NCBI GenBank assembly: GCA_023248155.1
Contig: JAHFFE010000003.1
Location: 148,159 to 212,158 of the forward strand
DNA: 64,000 nt
Direction of reading: 5' to 3'
Origin: Candidatus Omnitrophota bacterium
GTDB taxonomy: Bacteria; Omnitrophota; Gorgyraeia; 1-14-0-20-64-10
Below, one piece after another: positions 56,643 to 64,000 of this stretch (its first letter is position 1; each line of letters starts with the position of its first letter). The translations under genes were made by a program, and so were the position numbers. The notes under the pieces were generated by a model. The model was given only the letters and a program-made list of their open reading frames with translations. It was not told where the DNA came from and did not search any database.

Positions 56643-57200
56643 ATGGGAGAATCTGATCGTCGTCTGCGAACGCGTTATAAAGTCCGCGTTCCATTCACAT
56701 TAAAAAGCAACTCGGAAGAAATCCAGGGCGTCACGCGCAATGTCAGCCTGCTGGGAATTTCGGCCTATTCCGATTCCACGATTTCCAATTCCGTTCCGGT
56801 TCAGTGCGCGCTTCATATTCCGCACCAGCAAAAACCGATTATCGCGCATGGAACCGTGATCCGCTGCGAACCGCTTCCTGATCGCCACACCGATGGAGGC
56901 AACGAGGTGGGTGTCTTCTTCAAACAATTCGACGGAACGCACGAGCAGGACCTGGACCGTTTTCTGCGCAAGGTGCTCGATGATGAACGCTTGGCGATTC
57001 AGGCCGGATTTAAAGAACTGCGCCGAAGAGCCGCCGCCCGCAAACGAAAGAAACAGCGCGCGGTAGACCTCAAGCAGAAGAAGAAAGAAGAGCGGCTCCG
57101 CAAACGCCGCCTGCGCCAGCTGGCCAAAATGCGGGCAAAAAAGCGGGGACCCGGACGACCCAAGGGCAGTAAAAACAAGAAGAAAAAATCAGCCGCGTGA
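56643..57200 (+). CDS. PilZ-domain protein with basic tail and AT-hook-like motif
   Basis: DRRLRTRY (RxxxR), NVSLLG (D/NxSxxG), G.V.R, GV.F; C-terminal KKRGPGRPKGSKNKKKK. Confidence 0.8.
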   Translation: MGESDRRLRTRYKVRVPFTLKSNSEEIQGVTRNVSLLGISAYSDSTISNSVPVQCALHIPHQQKPIIAHGTVIRCEPLPDRHTDGGNEVGVFFKQFDGTHEQDLDRFLRKVLDDERLAIQAGFKELRRRAAARKRKKQRAVDLKQKKKEERLRKRRLRQLAKMRAKKRGPGRPKGSKNKKKKSAA

Positions 57201-59239
57201 CGCAGCGCTACACAATTCACAAGCAGGTCCGCCCCGAAATTTCCTCTTCAAAGATCGCATACGCGCAGGAATTGAATGCTGAACAGTTGCGCGTCGTGCA
57301 GTCGGGCCCCGGTCCGACGCTGGTTCTGGCAGGCCCCGGCAGCGGAAAAACGCGCACGCTGACTTACCGCGTCGCGTATCTGCTTGAGCAGGGGATCGCC
57401 CCCGAAAATATCCTTTTGGTGACTTTCACCGTGAAAGCGGCGCGCGAAATGATGGACCGCGTCGAACGGATCCTGCATTACCGCCCGGAAGGTCTCTGGG
57501 GCGGGACATTTCATCACATCGGAAATATTATCGTGCGGCGGCACGCCGACCGTTTGGGACGGACGCCTCAGCTGGGCATCCTGGATGAGGAGGATGCCCG
57601 TGATATGGTGGCCGCCTGCGTGGACGACCTTAAAACACCGGTGACGCAGACACGGCTTCCGCAGCCGGGCGTTCTCGAAAGCATTTTCAGCCTGGCCGTC
57701 AACAGGCTTCAACCGGTTGAAACTGTGATATCAGAGCAATTTCCCCAATTTGCCGATCAAGCAGCCTGGATTGAACGCGTGCGCGCCGCTTATCAGGAGC
57801 GGAAGAAAAAAGCCAACGTGATGGATTACGACGATCTGTTGGCCGGATGGCTCTCACTGATGAAAAACCATGAGGATATCCGCCAGCTCTACGCCGGACA
57901 GTTCCATTATGTATTGGTTGACGAATACCAGGATACCAACCGGCTTCAATTTGAACTGGTACGGCTGCTGGGATCGGTTCACCAGAATGTTCTGGCCGTC
58001 GGAGACGACGCGCAGGCGATCTATTCGTTCCGCGGAGCCGACCTCTCAAATCTGCTGAATTTTCCGGAGGTTTATCCGAAAGCGGTCATTCACCGGATGG
58101 AAACCAATTACCGGTCAACGCCCGAGATCGTCGAGCTGGCCAACGCCTCGATCGCGATGAATCGAAACCAGTTCAAGAAAGAACTCAAAAGTCTTCAGGA
58201 AGCGGGTCCGCTGCCGGCGCTGGTTCCGTTGACAAATCAGAAACAGCAGGCGGTTTTCATCGCGCAGCGAATTCTTGAATTGCGCTCCGAGGGGGTTTCC
58301 ATGCGCGAAATCGCCATTCTTTTCCGCGCCCGGTTCCAATCGGCCGAACTGGAACTGGAGTTGGCGAAACGGAACATTCCGTATCTGGTTCGCGGAGGCG
58401 TCCGGTTCTTTGAGCAGGCCCACATCAAAGATTTGATGGCTCATCTGCGGATTACGGCGAACCCTCAGGATGAAATGGCCTGGGACCGGATTTTACGCTT
58501 GCAGGATGGGATCGGAGCGGCTTACGCACGAAAAATCCGGGAGTGGCTTTTAACGCAGCCCAACCCAATCCAGGCCGCCTGCGAGGGAGGCGAGGAATCG
58601 TTCAAGGGACTTAGCAGCCGGGCGAAAAGCGGGTGGCTGAAACTGTGTAAAACGGTCCGCGAACTGACGCGAAACCCCGATCAAGCAAAACCGGCCGAAC
58701 TGCTCTCTTCCGTACTGCGATCGGGCTACACCGGCTACATGGAAACTCATTTTGAAGATCTGCGCGACCGCAAAGAGGATTTAGACCAGCTGATCAATCT
58801 CGCCTCCAATTATGATTCGGTGCCGAACTTTATTGAGGATTTGACGCTGCGCGAACCGTTCAAAGGTGAAACGATCCACGGCTGGGAGGAACCGGACGAA
58901 TTCGTTGTTCTTTCCACCATTCATCAGGCCAAAGGACTGGAATGGCAAGCAATTTTCCTGATCGCGCTTTCGGAAGGACAGTTTCCTCATCCAAAATCAT
59001 ATGATGATCTGGCGGCGCTGGAAGAAGAACGGCGCTTGTTTTATGTGGCGATTACGCGCGCGAAAAAAGATTTATACCTGACTTATCCGTTAACACGCTA
59101 CAGCTACGAACGAGGGGAGGTCTTAATGCGGCCTTCCCAATTCGTGCAGGAACTTCCCGAAGAACTATTTGAGCTCTGGCGGATCGAGGAACAATCTCGG
59201 TCCAGCGATCCGGCTGTTGATCCGATCGATTTCCCTTAA
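57197..59239 (+). CDS. UvrD/PcrA-family ATP-dependent DNA helicase
   Basis: LAGPGSGKT, TFT.KAA, GTFH, VDEYQDTN, VGDDAQAIYSFRGA, NYRST, STIHQAKGLEW, EERRLFYVAITRA. Confidence 0.95.
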   Translation: MTQRYTIHKQVRPEISSSKIAYAQELNAEQLRVVQSGPGPTLVLAGPGSGKTRTLTYRVAYLLEQGIAPENILLVTFTVKAAREMMDRVERILHYRPEGLWGGTFHHIGNIIVRRHADRLGRTPQLGILDEEDARDMVAACVDDLKTPVTQTRLPQPGVLESIFSLAVNRLQPVETVISEQFPQFADQAAWIERVRAAYQERKKKANVMDYDDLLAGWLSLMKNHEDIRQLYAGQFHYVLVDEYQDTNRLQFELVRLLGSVHQNVLAVGDDAQAIYSFRGADLSNLLNFPEVYPKAVIHRMETNYRSTPEIVELANASIAMNRNQFKKELKSLQEAGPLPALVPLTNQKQQAVFIAQRILELRSEGVSMREIAILFRARFQSAELELELAKRNIPYLVRGGVRFFEQAHIKDLMAHLRITANPQDEMAWDRILRLQDGIGAAYARKIREWLLTQPNPIQAACEGGEESFKGLSSRAKSGWLKLCKTVRELTRNPDQAKPAELLSSVLRSGYTGYMETHFEDLRDRKEDLDQLINLASNYDSVPNFIEDLTLREPFKGETIHGWEEPDEFVVLSTIHQAKGLEWQAIFLIALSEGQFPHPKSYDDLAALEEERRLFYVAITRAKKDLYLTYPLTRYSYERGEVLMRPSQFVQELPEELFELWRIEEQSRSSDPAVDPIDFP

Positions 59240-59248
59240 ATGAACCTT

Positions 59249-59902
59249 CTAGATCGCATCAAGGGACACTGATACGTCTTTTCTGTGCTTTCGACCGGAA
59301 GCGGTAACAAGAATCGCTGTTCTGCCTCCTCGATGCCTCAAGGCAAAACCTCCGGTCAGGTTACCGGCAGCGTCGCTGGCCAGCGCTGAATCCGTCTCTC
59401 CAATCAGATCCACATCAGGATTAGCCAGCAAAACAGAGAGCGGTTGATTGGCGAAAAACGGATTGATATTGTACGAAATCCCGCCAGCCGATGGCGGGGT
59501 GGAGTCCGAAGGGCAGGTCAGAATTTTTTGCGGGTTCTCGCCTAAGTACCGGTCTGGCAACGGAACCGCTTCTGCCGTGCCGGTTAATCCGACCGCATTC
59601 TGCAGGTAAGCAAACAGCGTAAAAGGCCGCTTACCGTCACTCACCATCGCGTAGGCCCGGTCGAACTGATCCCGCGTCAGGTCGCTTAACGGGCCGGGCA
59701 GGGCGTTGTTGTCGTACGCGTACAGTTTTACTGCCGCCTGGATCACCGCCTGGTTCGATTCATCGACCAAGATTGCAGTGCGGTCGCGGTATTGGGTAAA
59801 TCCAGCGGTCGCCATAGACGCCAGAGCCGCCATCACCATAACGGCAATCAAAATTTCCAACATCGTAAAACCGGCCGAAAGAATAATGCCTGATCGTTTC
59901 AT
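59249..59902 (-). CDS. Prepilin-type N-terminal cleavage/methylation domain protein (orphan pseudopilin)
   Basis: G|FTMLEILIAV; CPSD, SY.IN, RH.GG; start placed at ATG 59902 after GGAGG. Confidence 0.8.
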   Translation of the reverse strand: MKRSGIILSAGFTMLEILIAVMVMAALASMATAGFTQYRDRTAILVDESNQAVIQAAVKLYAYDNNALPGPLSDLTRDQFDRAYAMVSDGKRPFTLFAYLQNAVGLTGTAEAVPLPDRYLGENPQKILTCPSDSTPPSAGGISYNINPFFANQPLSVLLANPDVDLIGETDSALASDAAGNLTGGFALRHRGGRTAILVTASGRKHRKDVSVSLDAI

Positions 59903-60060
59903 GGCTTCACCCTCCATACCGGCGTACCCTTATCCGGCTCATCATTTCGAAAAGAGACGGGAAACAAGCTGCAACCATTCCCATACGAAAGATACCTGAG
60001 AGTAGGCATTGATGTCAAGCCTTTGACGGAACCGCCCGGCATATGGTACTCTTGGTAACA

Positions 60061-62499
60061 ATGAAGCTAACAGCCAAAGGGGACCATCTCTTCCGGTTGT
60101 TTTTTGTCTCTCTGATCCTCTGTCTTCTTTATCTGGGGATCTTGATTCCATCCGGTTTCATCGAATCCTCCAGACTTCATTCCGCAGATCTTTATACCCA
60201 ATGGCAATCCGCTCTTCTCCAACCACCGCCGGAAAGCAAAGAAATCGTGCTTATCCTGGTGGATGAAGAATCGCAGGCCAAGCTGGGGAAAAAGTGGCCC
60301 TGGGACCGCGGGCTTTTCGCCGATCTAATCCGGAAAATCACGCCTGAAAACCCCAAGCTGATTGTGCTCGATTTCGTCATGCACGGTGCGTCGGCAGACC
60401 CGACCCAGGATGAAATGCTGGCAGACGCGATCCGGAAAGGACCTCCGGTATTGCTGGGAAGCTACATGGATAAGCACGGTGACCCGGTGCTTCCGCTGCC
60501 GCTTTTGACCGAAGCCGGCGGAATTCCGGGAATCATTAACAAACCGAAAGACCGGGACATGACCGTACGTAAAATGCTTTACGCCGGCCGGGTCCCCAAC
60601 CAGCTCCAGCCGCTTTACGCGACAGAAATCAACGCGGCCGCTTTGGCGCGCGGACTGAACCTGGATCAAATCAAAACGGTTCCAAATAAACCGTGGATTA
60701 AAATTGGCCCTCAAAAAATCCCGTTCGACCGGTTCCGCGCTGAAATCCCAATCCACTACTTTGTTACGGCCGATCAGTTGGAAACCGTTTCTTTCTGGAC
60801 TGTTCTTCAGGAAAAAACCGACTTAAGCCGGTTCCGCGGAAAACTGGTCCTCGTCGGGTCAACGCAGGAAGCAACCAAGGATGTTTACCCGACGCCGCTG
60901 GGATCCCAGCCGGGCATTTTAGTCAACATCAACGCGCTGTTAACGATCCTGACCGCGAAATTCACGCAGCTGCCAAACCTGCTTTGGACATTCCCGCTGA
61001 GCGTGATGATGGTGTTCGGCATTCTTATCGCGACCGTTCAATGGCCGATCTGGATCGGATTTCTCGCGGCGCTAACGGGTATCTTCGCGGGAACAGCGGC
61101 TGGTTTTCTCGCGCTGGTTTTTCTGAACATCCGCGCAGAATCGGTCAGTATCGTGGTGCTGGCGTTGGGTGCCTGGGGAGTCGGCATATTATATAAATAC
61201 TTGAACCTGGCGCAGGAAGCGCTGCGCCTTCACAAACAAGCAATCACCGATCCGATGAGCCAGACGCTGACCGGCCGGTTCTTCCGACTCCGGATGGACT
61301 CCGCTTATCCGTCCAAGAGCTGGGCCCGAAAACCGGTCGGGGTGGTTTTGTTTCAGATTGAGCGGCCTACCGAACTGTTGCTGAAGCTTCCGTGGCAGGA
61401 AGTGCAAAAACGGGTACAAACAGCCGCCGCAGGAATCCGCGAACTGTTCGGCGCATCACAGAACATTCTGGTTGGACGGATTTCCGACGAGCGGTTTGCC
61501 GCGGTGGTGCCTGGATTAAAATCAGCCAAAGTAAACGAATGGCTTAAAACGCTGGAGCCAAAACTGGCATCGTTGCGCGAGAAATACGGTTATGAGATTG
61601 CAGTTGGAATCGCCTGCAGCGACCAGCCCGGCACCACAACCGTCTACGATCTTTTACGCCACGCGGAAATCGCCGTGGTCCGCTCCTGGGAAAAAACATC
61701 CGACCGGCCGGTACTGTACGATCCTGCCGTCGACAAAGAGCTGACCCCTTCAAAAACCGGTTCGATTTCGGTAACTCCCGTCGCTTCGAAAGAAGACTCC
61801 GAGAAACCCGAGGGATTGAACGATGTGGCCTCGGAGCTGGAAGAACGCAACCGCAGCATTGAGAGCGCGCTGGAAAATCTGCGAAAAGCGCACAAGGAAC
61901 TTGAAGCCCATTTTCTCGAAGTGACCAAATCGCTGGTGATGGCGATGGACACCAAAGATTCCTATACCGCCGGGCACCTCGAGCGCGTTTCCCGTTATGC
62001 GACGCGTCTGTCGGAAGAACTGGCATTGCGGCCGACCGAGATCGAGGCAATCCGCGAAGCGGCGATTCTGCACGACATCGGAAAAATGAACCTTTCGGAT
62101 GAGGTCCTCCATAAAACCGGCGCGCTGACTGAAGACGAACGGGAAATCATCAAGCGGCATCTGGAATATGGCGCGAAAATTCTCGACCCGATGAAATTTT
62201 TCAAACCGATCACGACAATTCTTTATCATCATCATGAGCGGTACGATGGGCGCGGCTACCCGCACGGTTTGACCGGAGAATTTATTCCGATGGGCGCGCA
62301 GATTATCACGATCGCCGACTCATTCGACGCCATGACCACCAACCGCGGATATGCCAAGCCAAAAACCGTGCAGGAAGCCGTAGAGGAGCTGCGCAAGGGG
62401 CAGGGGGGGCAGTTTAACCCGAATTACGTCGATGCCTTCATCGAATTGATCCGCAAAGAAGGCCCTCACCTGGCCAGTTACAGTACCCATACCCCTTGA
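60061..62499 (+). CDS. CHASE2 - degenerate GGDEF - HD-GYP phosphodiesterase
   Basis: VDEES...LG.WPWDR, D...R, GKLVLVG, TP.G..PG (CHASE2), TM helices, DP.S.TL...F and GRISDERF, LHDIGK, HHERYDGRGYP, ADSFDAMT; start 60061 or 60043. Confidence 0.88.
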   Translation: MKLTAKGDHLFRLFFVSLILCLLYLGILIPSGFIESSRLHSADLYTQWQSALLQPPPESKEIVLILVDEESQAKLGKKWPWDRGLFADLIRKITPENPKLIVLDFVMHGASADPTQDEMLADAIRKGPPVLLGSYMDKHGDPVLPLPLLTEAGGIPGIINKPKDRDMTVRKMLYAGRVPNQLQPLYATEINAAALARGLNLDQIKTVPNKPWIKIGPQKIPFDRFRAEIPIHYFVTADQLETVSFWTVLQEKTDLSRFRGKLVLVGSTQEATKDVYPTPLGSQPGILVNINALLTILTAKFTQLPNLLWTFPLSVMMVFGILIATVQWPIWIGFLAALTGIFAGTAAGFLALVFLNIRAESVSIVVLALGAWGVGILYKYLNLAQEALRLHKQAITDPMSQTLTGRFFRLRMDSAYPSKSWARKPVGVVLFQIERPTELLLKLPWQEVQKRVQTAAAGIRELFGASQNILVGRISDERFAAVVPGLKSAKVNEWLKTLEPKLASLREKYGYEIAVGIACSDQPGTTTVYDLLRHAEIAVVRSWEKTSDRPVLYDPAVDKELTPSKTGSISVTPVASKEDSEKPEGLNDVASELEERNRSIESALENLRKAHKELEAHFLEVTKSLVMAMDTKDSYTAGHLERVSRYATRLSEELALRPTEIEAIREAAILHDIGKMNLSDEVLHKTGALTEDEREIIKRHLEYGAKILDPMKFFKPITTILYHHHERYDGRGYPHGLTGEFIPMGAQIITIADSFDAMTTNRGYAKPKTVQEAVEELRKGQGGQFNPNYVDAFIELIRKEGPHLASYSTHTP

Positions 62500-63653
62500 A
62501 ACCGGCCCTGGGGCCTTCAGAACTCGCCAATCAAATTAAGCAGGAAGCATTGCGCCTCGGATTTTCCGCGGCCGGAATTGCTCCAGGATCAGCCTGGGAG
62601 GGCCGTAAACAGGAATTAAGCCGCTGGATCAGCGCCGGACTGTACGGACCGATCGATTACATGCGCCGGTTTTTCGAGCGGCAGTCTTCGTATGCAAGCC
62701 AGTTTCCGGAACTTCGCTCCATTATTGTTTTAGCCTGCGATTACGGCGGTGAATCAGAAAACCTTGCTGAACCTTCAACAGAACCTTCCGGACGAATCGC
62801 GCGGTACGCCCGCAGCAAAGATTATCATGAAGTTCTTCAGAATAAATTAGAACGGCTGGAATCATTCCTGAAAGAATTGGCGGCGCCCATGCCGGTTCGC
62901 TTGATGAAGACCGTGGATATTCAACCGGTTCAGGAACGGGTTCTGGCCGAAGCGGCCGGCCTTGGTTTCTTTGGAAAAAATACCTGCCTGATCCGGCCTA
63001 AAGGCGGTTCTTTCTTTTTTTTGTGCAGTCTGCTGACCGATCTCGAACTGCCTGCGGATGCTGCACCGCTGAAATGGGACTGCGGAAGCTGCCGGATCTG
63101 CATAGATGCTTGTCCGACCGATGCGCTGAAAAAACCGTTTGAATTGGATGCCGGACTCTGTATTTCCGCGCTGACCATCGAATTAAAAGGCCCGGTGTCA
63201 CAGGAGTTGCGCCCAAAAATTGGCGACTGGATATTCGGCTGCGACATCTGCCAGGAAGTCTGTCCGTATAATCAAAAACCGGCGGGGAAGCCGGATCCGG
63301 AATTTTTGATTTCCCCGCCGGTTCCGGCCCAAATTCCGCTTAAGGAGCTTCTTGAGTGCCGGACAGACCAGGAATTTAACCAAAAGTACGGAGAAACACC
63401 ACTCTCAAGGCCCAAGAGAGCCGGTCTTCTGAGAAATGCCGTCATTGCCGCGGGGAACTCGAAAGACCCGGATCTAACCGCTTCATTAGAGAAATGCTTG
63501 CTTGAAGAAAAATCTATTCTGGTTCGCCAGCATGCCGCCTGGGCGCTGGGACAAATCCAAACAGAACAATCGCGCCAAATTCTGCAAAGAGCAGCCGAAA
63601 CAGAGGCCGATACCGCCGTAAAATCCGAAATCGACCAGGCATTATGCCGTTAA
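62496..63653 (+). CDS. queG: Epoxyqueuosine reductase with C-terminal HEAT repeat
   Basis: GRIARYA..DYH, AGLG..GKN, CGSCRICIDACPT, C.S.LTIE, FGCDICQEVCPYN, RNA.IA.GN. Confidence 0.95.
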   Translation: MKPALGPSELANQIKQEALRLGFSAAGIAPGSAWEGRKQELSRWISAGLYGPIDYMRRFFERQSSYASQFPELRSIIVLACDYGGESENLAEPSTEPSGRIARYARSKDYHEVLQNKLERLESFLKELAAPMPVRLMKTVDIQPVQERVLAEAAGLGFFGKNTCLIRPKGGSFFFLCSLLTDLELPADAAPLKWDCGSCRICIDACPTDALKKPFELDAGLCISALTIELKGPVSQELRPKIGDWIFGCDICQEVCPYNQKPAGKPDPEFLISPPVPAQIPLKELLECRTDQEFNQKYGETPLSRPKRAGLLRNAVIAAGNSKDPDLTASLEKCLLEEKSILVRQHAAWALGQIQTEQSRQILQRAAETEADTAVKSEIDQALCR

Positions 63654-63678
63654 AAGCCCTTTCTGCCGCCTGGCCATA

Positions 63679-63706
63679 ACGTCTGATAATGTATATTATG
63701 TTAAGT
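63679..63706. other. XerCD dif chromosome dimer resolution site
   Basis: ACGTCTGATAA-TGTATA-TTATGTTAAGT versus E. coli dif GGTGCGCATAA-TGTATA-TTATGTTAAAT; AT-rich spacer between convergent genes. Confidence 0.88.
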
Positions 63707-63799
63707 TATACATACATTGAATTATCCGTATCCTATTATTGATAAATGAGTTATGAACATTGTGGGATTGCTGTTGATAACTCTATTCCTTGAAGAAAT

Positions 63800-64000
63800 C
63801 TAAACTGAGGTTTTGAGGCGGCGGCCGGACTTCTTCACGACCGATTGAACCTTGGCTTCCAGCGCGCGGCGGCTTCCTTTGCGGTCATCAATCTTGATGG
63901 TGGTCAGTACGCGGATCGATTCCTTGCGCATCCGTTTGTGGCAGCGGACAATCAGCGCCATGACTTCGTCAAAATCGCCCTCGATGCAGGTTCCCATGGG
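63800..64000 (-). CDS. MTH1187/YqgV-family thiamine-binding protein, 5'-truncated by window edge
   Basis: PMGT.IEG.FDEV......CH, RV.T.IKIDDR, KV.SV. Confidence 0.88.
   Translation of the reverse strand, partial: PMGTCIEGDFDEVMALIVRCHKRMRKESIRVLTTIKIDDRKGSRRALEAKVQSVVKKSGRRLKTSV

Noticed and set aside
63655-63800. AT-rich region as oriC
   Set aside because: Contains a dif site, genes converge on it rather than diverge, and no dnaA/dnaN is nearby
1-64000. CRISPR array, cas genes, prophage, integrase or transposase
   Set aside because: No regularly spaced repeat-spacer units and no ORF with such motifs

Overview
Gene-dense, GC-rich bacterial chromosome segment of mostly core genes. The gene content (LPS and heptose glycosyltransferases, DapL lysine pathway, NadX, PilM-PilN fused pilus locus, PVC-style prepilin protein) suggests a diderm PVC-related lineage such as Candidatus Omnitrophota; this is inference only. 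Order: surface-glycan GT cluster-gmhB-GT28-UDG-priA | def-fmt | PagL-like OMP | gap-pgk-tpiA-secG-BT1 transporter-deacetylase | thiG-leuB-asd-truA | Fur-family metal-uptake operon | rplM-rpsI-argCJBDFGH-lysA-dapFABL-folK-panCD-nadX | small basic repeat protein | uvrA-cutA | type IV pilus/T2SS-like locus | tRNA-Ala(CGC) | YkgJ-DUF2156 fusion | small ORF-PilZ/AT-hook-UvrD | orphan pseudopilin | CHASE2-HD-GYP-queG | dif site. Almost all genes point toward a XerCD dif site at 63679-63706, so this is probably the approach to the replication terminus. I found no CRISPR array, prophage, integrase or transposase. The main unexplained signals are: (1) a modular, highly structured intergenic repeat family (3 copies) whose ~137-bp core shows compensatory changes and whose end arms are swapped between copies; (2) fmt lacks a canonical start, so it uses either a CTG overlapping the def stop or a -1 frameshift at overlapping slippery sites in def; (3) an unannotated 27-aa Arg-rich ORF heading a PilZ/AT-hook plus helicase operon; (4) a Fur-boxed operon with a Cys-rich lipoprotein and a ZIP transporter carrying an extra domain; (5) a YkgJ Cys-cluster/DUF2156 fusion facing tRNA-Ala. 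All coordinates and alignments were done by eye.
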